DNA of 64,000 nt, from NCBI RefSeq assembly GCF_963921235.1, contig NC_086097.1:180670001-180734000 (forward strand), given 5' to 3'. Source of the stretch: Mobula hypostoma. Lineage: Eukaryota. Position 1 is the stretch's first letter; the number at the start of each line of letters is the position of its first letter. Of this stretch, positions 50,438 through 62,354 are shown in pieces. A program made the translations under genes and the position numbers. Under the pieces are notes generated by a model, which was not told the origin of the DNA, did not search any database, and was given only the letters and a program-made list of their open reading frames with translations.

Positions 50438-51536
50438 GTCAGGATATTCAGTGGGCCCAGGTCTCGCTATCCCATGCTCCCTACCCTACCCCTAAGCTGA
50501 ACTGGTGTGGGTGTGTGGGTGGGTGTGTTAGTACCACGCCCTCACAGCCAGGTGTTGCACCAGCGAATCAAGGGGAAGGCGGATAACTCCCCTAAGGTTG
50601 AGAGTTCGAACCCACCTTGACTCATTGGAACTCAGTCAGAGAAGAGCGAGAGTGGGGTTGTGGGGTTTCCATGGCAAAAGCATACCCAATTTACTCCTAC
50701 CCTCTTCAGGGGGTGTGAAGACCTCGCTCTCTCAGGGGAGGGGGCAGGGAAGCCTGGCATAGCATGATCCCACAGACAGCAGCCAGGAGTTGTTGTACAA
50801 CAGGTACCAGCCCCCCCCCCCAAACCTGGTGAAATGCCATTGGGGTGGAGATAGTACCTTGGACACTGCAGCATTCCCTCACCCCAGTGATCTCTTCCCC
50901 ACATCACGGAGGTCTCCTCTGTCCCTGAGGAGACATGCTGCTGTCAGTAAGGCTTCGGCAAATGGCCAGGCTTGGGTTTAGTACAAAGACTTGGTTACAG
51001 AGAACAGCACAGGAACAGGCCCTTCTGCCCACAGTGTCTGTGCTGACCACAAAGCCAGTTTAAACTTATCCAATCTGCTTGCATGTGATCCCTACCCCTC
51101 CATCCCTGCATATTCATGAGATTGTCTTAATAACCTCTTAAACACCACTGTTTATATCTGCCTCCACAGTAGCCTTGATTTGTGTGAGAAAAAACTTGCC
51201 CACACATCTCCTTTAAACCTATCCCCTCTCACCTTAAACCTCTTCTCTCGAGTATTTGACATTTCCACCCCTTAAAAGATTCTGAATCTCTAACCTGTCT
51301 ATGCCTGTCATCATTTTAAACACAACTGAGAATTGAGGACCTTGCTGTGTGCAGTCTGGACGTTCCAGTTCCCTTACCACAGTGCGGAGAAAATCAGTGG
51401 AGTTGAGCAACAGAGAACAGAGGGGATTGTTGAGACCCTGTATGGTAACAGTGTTTATTTGCACTGGATCACGGTGACTACAGCTTCCTGTGTCCCCACC
51501 CCTCTTGTCCTGACCAGCTTCTTGTTTCTATTGCAG

Positions 51537-51590
51537 ATACAGCAACGGAGGCAGGAACTGGAGCAAGCCATGGGTGTGCGCAACACCTAG
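51537..51590 (+). CDS. SMARCD3: SMARCD3 last coding exon (IQQRRQELEQAMGVRNT*)
   Basis: Acceptor ttgcag; conserved SMARCD C-terminus; stop TAG at 51588-51590. Confidence 0.97.
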   Translation: MQQRRQELEQAMGVRNT

Positions 51591-52516
51591 ATCCTTCCCC
51601 CGTGCAACCGCCACCACTGGAAAACACAAAAACACTGCTGTCCCTCAGAAGTCCCCAGCTGCTGATGGCCCCTGTTTCAGGGGTCTCAGTACCCTTCGTG
51701 GCTCCTTCTCCAGCCTCTGCAGCACCAGGCCAGACCCCCACACACCCCATTCATCTCCGTTCAGTCCCACATGCCTGGCACAGCCTGGGATTAAGTGGGT
51801 GGGTAGTCTGGGTCCATGGTACCACTCAGTGCCCACCAGGTAATCTCGGGGTGGGAGGATGGGGTGTTGTGATGGGTTGTGGAGGAGAGAGGGAAGGACC
51901 ACACTGGGGGGGGGGCGGGGGTCCAGTCCCAGGCCACTGCCTGGTGTAGTCTGTTCTTCAGCGCATTGGCCACTGCTGGGGAGATCAGTTTACTCTATCC
52001 AATCAAATAAGCTGATTGCAGAGCCAAAACCTCACCCAACTGGCCAGGACTATTGGCCCTTCCCTCTCCTTCCCTGTTACTGCCACCTCACCCCTACGGT
52101 TTTCAACCATCCTCCCAGGCTGGGGTATGTTTGGGTGGGAGAGGTCTAGCAAGTCAGGGTCTGTGCCAAATCCTCATCAGTGTGGGTGTGAGGTGGGTTG
52201 AGGTTGACGGGTTAACAGAACTGGTTTGGAGAGCCAGAGGTGACTGAGGGAAAGGTCCTGGTGGCTACAGCTGTCTGTCATCTCCTGTCCTGGCTGTCAG
52301 GTCTCTGGGTCACTCATGGACAGGCCAGCAGACATTAATCATGTTGACCAGACACAAGCTCCAAGATCAAACCTGGGATATCAGGGCATGGATTACTTGG
52401 GCTTTGGTTGTTTTATTCATCCTGCAGACTTGAGGGGTGGGAATGGGGGAGGTGTGGTGGTGCAGAGTTTGTGGCTGAGATAAATAATTCAAAACTTGCT
52501 GCTATCCCTGCTCTGG

Positions 52517-52925
52517 CAGTGTGTGATGAGATGGTTTCGAGGGAGCTTCACTCTGTGTCTGACCTGGGTGTGTGTAATGGGATGGTGTGGAGCAGAGGTT
52601 CCTGACCTGTTAATCAGTTAATAGTAAGGCTCCACAGCATAAAAAGAGATTGGGAACCCCTGATGTGGAGGGAGCATCACTCTGTGTCTCACCCTGGGAG
52701 TGTGTGAAGGGATGGTGTTGAGGGAGATTCGCTCTGTGTCTCACCCTGGGAGTGCGTGAAGGGATGGTGTTGATGGAGATTCACTCCATGTCTCACCCCA
52801 GGAACGTGTGATGAGATGGTGTAGAGGGAGCTTCACCCTGTTTAATCCTGGGAATTTGTGATGGGATGATGTAGAGGGAGCTTTACTTTGTTTCGATCCC
52901 CTTCCCAGGGAGTGTGTGATAGGAG
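52517..52925 (-). repeat. About 52-bp satellite in the 3' UTR, reverse complement of the 32871-33120 family
   Basis: Units gggagtgtgtgatgggatggtgtagagggagcttcactctgtgtct. Confidence 0.85.
52593..52662. mobile_element. 70-bp hAT-type MITE
   Basis: TIRs cagaggttcc / ggaacccctg; 8-bp TSD gtgtggag (52585-52592) / atgtggag (52663-52670). Confidence 0.75.
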
Positions 52926-53069
52926 ATCATAGTGGGTTTTACTTGGCAGTAAAACTCTGATAATCCATTATTATCACGCCAGACCAGCAGGTTTTCTGGA
53001 CTGATGGATGTTCTTCTATTAAGTACTGTTCTTAATTTAATTTCTCTGTTTTGTGTTACCCAGTAGAAT

Positions 53070-53075
53070 AATAAA
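53070..53075 (+). terminator. Probable polyadenylation signal of SMARCD3
   Basis: First AATAAA I found after the stop codon, preceded by a T-rich stretch; implies a 3' UTR of about 1.5 kb. Confidence 0.55.
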
Positions 53076-53477
53076 TTTCCCAGTGAACCCAGTAAGTTTA
53101 AAGGAATTGGGAAATATACAGCTGTTGAGACCCTGGCTCTGATCCCCCAAAGTTTTTGATCCTGGATTCCAGCTCCCATAGTCCAAACCATGTCACCAGC
53201 TCACACTCTGAACTACTGAGTGAGCCAGATGCCAAACCATCAGGAATTTCGAACATTCAGATTCCAGATTTAGAGCAACAAACAGCAGCTGGAGGAACTC
53301 ATTTCAGAAGAAGGTTTTGACCTGAAATGTTGCTTGTCCATTTCCCTCCAGAACCACTGAGTTGCTCCACATTGTTTGTTGCTCCAGGTTCCAGCAACTG
53401 CAGTCTATTGTGTCTCCATTTTACTGCTTTGGGAGCTTAACTCTGAATCTTACTTTTTATCTGACAATTATGCTGGA

Positions 53478-53550
53478 CGTGTGTGTGTGTCTGTGTCTCT
53501 GTCTTTGTGTGTGTGTGTGTCTGTGTCTTGTGTCTTTGTGTGTCTGTGTC

Positions 53551-53594
<44 letters not shown>

Positions 53595-53611
53595 TGTGTC
53601 TGTGTCTGTGT
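53478..53611. repeat. Compound (TG)n/(GTCTGT)n microsatellite
   Basis: Seen directly. Confidence 0.95.
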
Positions 53612-53914
53612 AACAAGGCCAATGAAAGCAGGGAGAGTGCATACACACAGCCAGTGGTGGAAGTCCCTCTGTGTAATGTGGGGACCATTTCTGATTATTG
53701 GCTCATCTATGTGGCACCTGATCTTGAGGAGACTTTGTGGTCTGCTTTAGTAATTCCCACTGGGCTGAGGTTAGCCCAGACAAGATCACTCCATGCACTA
53801 GAGCTTCCTCAACACCCACAGAGGCTCAGGCTGTACTGAGGAGCTGACCTTGTCCCAGACTCTGAAAAGATCTTGGTAGAATACTCTCAGAGTTATACAG
53901 TACGGTAAGACTGA

Positions 53915-56230
53915 CATAGAACATAGAACAGTACAGCATAGGAATAGGCCATTCAGCTCACAATGTTGTGTCAAGTCAGCTAAAAAGCAAATTTAAAACA
54001 CCCAAACACTAATCCCTCCTATTTACACAATGTCCACATCCCTCCATCTTCCTTACATCCATGTGCCTATGCAAATGTTTCTTAAAAGCCTCAAGTATTT
54101 GCCTGTACCATCGTACCAGGCAGCACATTCCAGGCACCCTCCACTCTCTGAGTAAAGAAACTTTCCCTTCACATCCCCCTTGAATCTACCCCCTCTCACC
54201 TTCAATGCATGCCCTCTAGTATTAGACATTTCAACACTGGGAAACAAATATTCCCTGTGTACTCTATCTATGCCTACCATAATCTTATCAATCTCTATCA
54301 ATCTCCCTTCAGCCTCCGACACTCCAGAGAAAACACCCCAAGTTCATCTAGCCTTTCATGTTAGCACATTCCCTCCAAACCAGGCAGCATCCTGGTAAAC
54401 CCTGCACCCTCTCCAGACCCTCAACGTCCTTCCTACATGCAATACTCCAGATGGGGCCTAACCAGAGTACTGTCTCCTTGCATTTGCCCTACTGAGGTGC
54501 AACACCTCATATTCATCTGGGTTAAGCTCCATCTGCTATTTCTCAGCCCATTTCTGCAACTGATCTACTGTATATCGCTCTGTATTCTTTGCCAGTCTTC
54601 TACATTATCCACAGCTCCACCAATCTTGGTATCACCCGCAAACTTACTAACCCACCCATCTACATTTTCATTCTGGTCATTTATGTACATCACAAACATC
54701 AGAGGTCCCAGTACAGATCCCTGAAATAACCACTAAGTATAGACTTATAGCTCGAGTAAGTCCCTTCAACCACTGCCCTCTGTCTTTTATGCGCAAGTCA
54801 GTTCTGAACCCAAACAGCCAATTCACTGTGGACCCCATACATCTTAATCTTCTGGATTAGCCTCCCATGAAGAATTTTGTTAAATGCTTTATTAAAATCC
54901 ATATAGACAACATCCATTTCCCTACCCTCATCAATCTCTTTTGTCACATTATCAAAAAACTCATTCGAATTGGTAAGACACGACCTGCCCCACAAAGCCA
55001 TGCTGGGTCTCCCTAATTAGGCCATGGGTTTCCAAATGCTCATATCCCTAAGAATTTTCTCCAGCAATTTCCCTACAACTGTCATGAGACTCACTAGTCT
55101 ATAGTTCCCAAGATTTTTCCTTGTTCCTTTCATTAGCCACTCTCCGATCCTCTAGGACTTCATCTGTGGCTAGAGAGGACATGAAGATACTGGTCAAGGC
55201 CCCAGCAATCTTGTCTCTTTCCTCCTTCAATAACCTGGGGTAAATCCTGTCAGGCCCTGGGGACTTAACTCATTTAATACTAATTTGGAGGCCCAACACT
55301 TCCTCCTCCTTGCCCTACGTATTTATTCACTCAGCACTGATCTCCTGGTCCTCCATATCCTTTCCCATGGCAAATACTGAAGCAAAGTACCCATTAAGTA
55401 CCTCACTCACGTTCTCCGCATCCAAGCAAATGTTTCCTCTTTTATTCTTGAATGGCCTCATCCTCTCATTAGTTATCCTCTTGCTTTGAATGTATGTATA
55501 GAATGCCTTGGGAGTCACCTTAATCCTACTTACCAAGGATTTTTCCTGGCCCCTCCTGGCTTTCCTAATTCCCTTCTTTAGTTCTTCTCTGGCTTCTTTA
55601 TAATCCTCATGTGCTTCATTTGATCCTGACTTCCTAAGCTTTACATACTTTTCCTTTTTCTTCTTGGCTAAATTCATCACCTCTCTGGACATCCAAGATT
55701 CTCTTATCTTTCCATCCCCATCCTTCCTTATAACAGGATCAAACCTTTCCTGTACTGTGTGCAATTAATCTTTAAACACCAGTTTATATTAGGGAAGTTG
55801 AAAGCCCCCATGACTACAACCCTATTATTTCTACACGTTTCCTTAATCTGATTACATATCTGTTCCTCAATGTCCCGGTGGCTGTTGGGAGTCTGTAGTA
55901 CAATCCCATCAGTGTGATGCACCCTTCCTATTCCTGAGTTACACCCAAATGGACTTGGTGTCTGATCCCTCCATTCTGTCTGCCCTGAGTGCAGCAGTGA
56001 TATTGTCACTAATGAGTCGTGCAACTCCACCCCCCACCCCTTTTACCTCCTCCTCTATCTTTTCTAAAACTTTGAAAACCTGGTACATTAATCGCCCATT
56101 CCTGCCTCCTTCTCAAGCAAGTTTCAGTAATGACACAACATTGTGGTTCCACGTACTGATTCATCATCTTTTCCCGTAATACTCCTCACATTAAAATATA
56201 CACACTTCAAACTATCCAACCTATCATGTT
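53915..56230 (-). mobile_element. CR1 LINE relic
   Basis: GAFNFPNINW, KAFYTYIQSKR and GRSCLTN...DVVYMDFNKAF on the minus strand; tail (acatag)n near 53915. Confidence 0.85.
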
Positions 56231-59200
56231 ACTTCAATTTGGCCTTTCAGTACTTTCCCTGACATCTACCAGGAACTCTGTACTGTCTTGGCTATGCCTC
56301 TCGCAAGGGTAATAGGTCCCCAGTCCACACCAACTGGTAGGATGGACTCTGTTCAGGTTCCTCTGCCAGGTCTGAAGGTGGTGGGTGGCAGACAGGCTGT
56401 GGACACTTGAGATCCTCTTCTGTGTTCTCCCCCTGCGCCTGTTCAGTAAAGACCAGGCAGTGGGACAGGGTGACATGGTGTCCTGTAGGTTGAGCAGGAG
56501 AAGGGTGATCCTCGATCTCCCTTCCATGAGATGAAGAGAGGGGAGGAGCTCCATGGAACATATGGTGGTTTCTATGCATTCCACCTGTAGCAGGCCCCGG
56601 CCACAGTCACTCCTTGTCCTGGGCTGCCACCCAGCCATGGGAAGCAGCATAGAAACAGGCCCTTTGGCCTAACGTCCATGCTGACCAAGATGTCTTTCTG
56701 AGCTACTCCCATCCACCTGCATTTGACCCATATCCCTTAAACTCTTCTATGAACCGGTCTGTCTTTTAAATGTTGTAATTGTACTTGTTGTCAGTGTTTA
56801 GGACAATGGCAGGTGGAAGATTTATCATTTTGCAATTGTAGTTTTCATGGTACCAAGCTTCCTAACTGAATCCAACTCAAGGCAATGGCTCCTGATGCAA
56901 TAAATCACTGTGGATGCAGTTTATAAGTAATTTATATTCAGTCCCAAGAATTAATGCTTAACAAATAGAATAGCCTTGGTCTGTCTTTCCAAATGACTGC
57001 ACGTGCTCTCTCTCCCTCCTCCTGACTACAAATCTCCTTACTTTTGGCCTGCTCTTTCTCAGAATCTTTTTTTTTTGATTTTCTGAGAGTCTCCCAAACT
57101 TCCTTAACCCTGTTCCTTCTATGGGACACAGACCAATCATCTATAATTTGTGAGAAATGTTGTTAGCTTTGGTGGCATGCTTTTCCTTGCTGTTTTAAGA
57201 TCCTCTTTGTTTTCTCTATCTTTTCATCAGTGTTCAGGCCCCAAGTTTTACTTTGTTAGCAAGTTTCTCATCGATTTAATATTCTCTTCCATGCTGTCTG
57301 TCTGCTTTGAACACAGCCACACTGTCTAAACCACTGCCCTGACCTTCATAGTCTGGAAGTTTTAAACTTAATTCTGTTTCAGTACATTCATTGCAATTCA
57401 CATCAGTTTTGAATTCACTGGCATTCTTTGTTCTTCAGCCTTCTGCCATATTGGCAGAACAACATCTGCAAGTCTGTTCTGTTAGAGAGTATAGCACATA
57501 TCTCTGGACTCACGAGTGTGGGTATATGTCACAATCATGTTTGGTTGTTGATGATGGAACCACATGAGCCATTGCAGCTCTGCGAGAGGACCTCACAGGG
57601 GGCTGCGGTGGTGTGAGAGGGTGTCACACTGGAGACTGAGATCCACAAGCAGGTACCTCTGAAGTAGTGAGAGGTTGAGAGCTGTCAGGGCTGGGACATA
57701 GTGGAAGGTGATGGATGACAGATCCAGCAGTGATCTGGGGGGTGTTCAGCTAGAGTAGGCATCCTCCTCTGGCTCAACTAAAAACTTCCCACAAGTTTGA
57801 GGTACAAACTGTTCTTCAGCCAGACACCTCCAGCGGACCAGTGCTTGGGAATGGGATGAGGTGGGTGGGGAGGGGGTAAGGTTCGATGACAAACCAGGGA
57901 GAGACTCAATGCACCCAACTTAATTCTGTGGGACAGATTGTTGAGGGAGAACTCAGAGCACTGGCACTGGCAACTATCTTCTTTCAGTGGGATCTCCCTT
58001 CCTGTCCAGTAGCCTTGTTCCAAACAGGCTCGCATTTCCCTGCTACTGCCATAACAACATAACCTGCAGAGGGTTGCACAAGTGGGACTGAGCTGATCTA
58101 GACCCGATTAGTGAAAGTCTCCTGCATTCACTGGGATGTGTGGTGGTGCTGGGGGGTGGGGGGCAGGGAGTGTGATTGGATCTCTGACAGCTGAGCTCCT
58201 GTTCAACTCCAGAAGACAAATAGTTTCCACAAAGTTAACTGAACAGCAGTGGGGTGTTGTGGGGGGGGGGGGCGTTGGTGGCACCGCTGGTGCTGTTAAG
58301 TGTGAAATAAAGCTGGAAATGGTTGGGCAGCATCTGTGGAGAAAGGAGTGAATTTAATGTCTCAGGTCAGTAAGCCTTATTAAAATTGAAGAAAATAAAA
58401 ACCAGTCAGGTGTCAAGTTATAGAGAGGGGGATGGGTGTAGGGGTACAGAGGGGGGAGGGTAGCAGAATAGAGAGAAAAGGAGGAAGGAAGAGGGGCAAA
58501 CAGAGAGAGGGGAATTGGGCTGTAGACATAAAGGGGTAAGGGAAGGGGAGAGGCAGACAGAGAGGAGAAATAGGGTGTGGACATAACAGAGTGGGTAAGG
58601 GAAGGGGAGGAGTGGAGAAAGCAGAGGGGATGTGAGTTGTGGTTTGGGGAGACCAGGGGAGCTGGTCCACACATGGTTAGATCATAGAACAATGCAGCAC
58701 AAAATGTTGTGCTGACCTCTTAACCTATTCCACTATCAGTAACCCTCCCCCCACCCCTGCAAAGTTGTGCCTTTATCTCAGATTTGTCAGTGACGCAGTT
58801 TCTTACAGTTCCAGAACTGTTCATTCCCTCTTTCAGCTGACACCCAGGAATGTTCTATCTCTGGGACATTTTGTCCACCCTCCCCCACTAAAAACTTTCT
58901 TAATTTTTCTCATTTAGTGGGTATCTTTGACCTGAAATGTCTCTGCAGGTGCTGCCTGATCTGCAGCATTCTGGGTTTTTACTACATCTACCCAAGGCTC
59001 TGCACCAGTAACTCATTTCATACAAGGGTCTGTGGCCAGCTGCTATAACACTGGGAAAAGTGAACACTGGCTTGTGTGACACTTCTCTGAGTGTGTGACT
59101 AAGAGGGAGGAGTTTGAGTCCTGGTTATGGTGGAAAATCACATTGTGTTGGGTCTCGGCACCAAGATCCCACTGCTGGATGAGTGCAAGTGCCCCAAGAG

Positions 59201-60217
59201 CCATTGATTCTGCCACTTCACCTCAGCCCAACCCCGGTCTTGTTCTGCCCTCTTCACTGTAGATTTTGCCTTCAAACTGGTATTGTTCCAAACTGCGAGG
59301 CATTGTCCTGAAGGCATGTGTCCTCATCATTGACCCAAGTTGTCTACTGTATAAAATCCAGTATTGTCCTTCAATGGAGGATCTGCTGTTGTCAACATGA
59401 GGATCGCAGTGCACAATGTTCCAAAAATGTAACTGTGAAGTTGCTTGATGGGGTTTGTATTTTATTTCGGGTGGGGAAGTTTGTGTGTGTGTGGGGGGAG
59501 GGGTGGGGTTATTCTTTGTAGCAGTGCAACCTACATTCTGTAAACTGCTAACTTTATTAAAGTATCTTTGATGGTGCTTGTATTGTTGAAACAATATGCA
59601 GTTGTTATTGTCAAGTTCCGGAACAATTTATTTAAAATGAAAGCTCGGCAATCCCTTCATCTTCACTGCATCTTTATCATTATAAGTGAGCCAGGCCCTT
59701 GCCATTCTTTCTTACTCTGGCGTTTTAACCAGACACAATCACTACCTCAAACTGGTTCACCCTGGACTCAGTTCCTTTCCAGGTACTCTCCAGATCCAGA
59801 TTAGACATTTATTCCTGAATTTCTTTCCAAGTATGTATTCCAAAGGCTCTGTTGGTTTTCTCCTCGCTTCTTTTCCCACAGTTCTGTTTGGCTGCTCCAA
59901 GAACAGAAGGAAATAAGCCAAGTCACCATTGTGCCCCTCAAAGCTGCCCCACCATTCAATATGATCATGGCTGACCTGCCCTAGGCTTCAGCTCCACATC
60001 TCTCAAGTTCTTGATCTTTCAAAAAAATGTATCTACCTCCAATTTAAATACTAACTCTAACTTAAGATTTGATGCAGAGAACTGTCACATTTTGTGAGAA
60101 GAATTTCCACATACCTCAGATTCAAATAACTGGCCCTTTAGATTGTAACTGTTGTATGCCCTTTCATTTGAGACTCCAGTGAAAATATCCCATCATCTAT
60201 CCTCCTTAGGCTCTCAT

Positions 60218-62354
60218 CATTCCAAGAAAAGGTTTGTGAACCTTTTGCACTTACCTGCCTTTCTGCATTAATTACTCATAAAATGTGGTCTGATCTTCAT
60301 CTAGGTCACAATAATAGATGCAATCTGCCTAAACTAATAACACACAAACAATTGCACTCCTCATCAATACTGAGTACACCATTACACCATTTAAACAATC
60401 ACAGTCTAGGTTCAAAAAATTTGTGAACCTCTGGGGTAATGCCTTCTACAAAAGCTATTTGGATTCAGGTGTTCCAATCAATGAGATAAGATTGGAGATG
60501 TGGGTTGTAGAGGTGCCCTACCCTATAAAAAAGACAAAGTTGGGTTACTGACAGAGCCTGCTCTTAAGAAAGATGTTTATGTGCACCATGCCTCCATCAA
60601 AACTTTCAGAGGACCTTGGAAGAAGAACTGTAGAGATGTGCGAAGCTGGAAAAGGCCACTAAAGCATTTCTAAAGACCTGGGTGTTCATCAGTCCACAGT
60701 AAGATAAATTGTCTGCAAATGGAGGAAATTCAGTACTGTTGCTACTCTCCCTGGGAGTGAGCATTCTGCAAAGATCACACCAAGAGCACAACATGCAATG
60801 CTAAAGGAGGTGAAAAAGAACCCAAGCGTAATAACTTTGCTGCCTCAGGGCCTGGACAGCTTGCAATCTTTGAGGGAACAATGAATTCAAAATTGTATCA
60901 AGGCACTTTACAGGAGAATGTCAAGGTAGCCGTCCCATCACCTGAAGCTTAATAGAGGTTAGGTGATGCAACAAGACAATGATCTGAAACACAAGAGCAA
61001 ATCAACAACAGAATGATTTAAAAAGAAGAAAATTCATGTTTTGAATGGCCAAGTCAGAGTCCAGACCAAAACCCAATTGAAATGTTTTGACATGACCTAC
61101 AGAGGGCTGGTCATGCAGGGTGTGCTAGAAATAATGATGAACTGAAACAGTTTTGTATGGAGAAATGGTCTAAAATTTCTCCTCACCATTGTGCAAGTCT
61201 GATCAACAGCTACAGGAAACGTTTGGAGGTTATTGCTGCTAAAGGAGGTTATACCAGTTATTAAATAAAAGGGTTCACATACTTTTTCTCCAGCCAGGAC
61301 TGTGAATGTGTGCATGCGCCGGACATGCACGCAGCCTGTTGCAGCCGTTCCGATCGGTATTCTTACTTCTTTCTTCTTACTTTTTAACTTACGTTATTTT
61401 TTTGTAATTTTTTTTTCACGGTTACACGTCGAAGCTGCACCCTTTCTAACATGCTGGTAGAGAGAGTTTTATTTGGGTTTTTAGCACTGGAGATAGTTAC
61501 ATTCTGACATGTCTCATTAGCAGGGCAGAAGCATGGTCGCATTGTTTATTCTTGGGACCAGCTGCTCGCGCTTATGCCGGTCAGTTTAGCGAGCAGAGCG
61601 GCAGACACCCCTGCTGAAATCTGGAGGAAAACACACAGAGGAGGCAGAGGAGGATCACAAAGTTGAGGAAAGAGGACCGGGTTGAGACAACAGAGACTTA
61701 TGGAGAAGAGGAGTTTGGTGGGTAATAAAATGGACGAGTTCATGGCTTCCAGACCATTCGGGCTGACCGGAAGTGCACTGAGAGCGGTAAGCATAAAAGG
61801 AGTTGGGTGCTTACTGTTCTGGTTAACAACAGATGGTGCAATCCGGGTCATATTACGATCGAGGAACGTGTTTGTAGACCGGATATTGAACTTTTTACTA
61901 TTGGACTTGGGCCATATTCCACTGAGATACAACACTGGGCGGCACGGGAGGTAGTTACTGCCTGTGGCCATCGAACTTGCAGCTCCACCCATGGAGGGTC
62001 AGACACCCTGAGCCAATAGACTGGTCCTGGACTTATTTTCCATCTGGCATACTTTGCATTTTGTTGTTTGATTGTTTGTGGTTCTTGTATTGCTATACTT
62101 ATGCTCTATTCTTGATTGGTGCAGCTGTGATGAAACCCAATTTCCCTTGGGATAAATAAAGTATATCTATCTATCTGAAGAAATAAATAATAAAGACATG
62201 AAAAGAATATTTGTTTGTGTGTTTTTAGTTGAGGAAGATTGTGTTTGTCTATTATGATTACAGTACTTAGATGAAGATCAGACCACATTTTATAAGTAGT
62301 TAATGTGGAAAATCGGATAATTGCAAAGGTCTCACAAACTTTTTCTTGCAACTA
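60218..62354 (+). mobile_element. Tc1 transposon relic with both long TIRs, interrupted by a LINE derivative
   Basis: TIR caagaaaaggtttgtgaacc ... ggtctcacaaactttttcttgcaac; transposase remnants MPPSKLSEDL (60588), QQDNDLKH and WPSQSPD.NPIE. Confidence 0.85.
61308..62175 (+). mobile_element. Internally deleted Rex1/Babar LINE (5' end plus 3' end)
   Basis: 5' UTR, IVYSWDQLLAL, NKMDE and VNNRWCNPGHITIEERVCRPDIEL endonuclease remnants joined to the RT C-terminus and 3' UTR; (ctat)n tail. Confidence 0.75.

Noticed and set aside
50570..50620. tRNA-like T-arm / B-box (gagagttcgaacccacc) with an upstream stem
   Set aside because: No acceptor stem or D-arm can be folded; at best a SINE or tRNA scrap.
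57700..57735. CWIC motif (DHCWICHP) on the minus strand resembling a retroviral Env CXXC
   Set aside because: The frame closes within about 10 codons, with no furin site, fusion peptide or LTR context.
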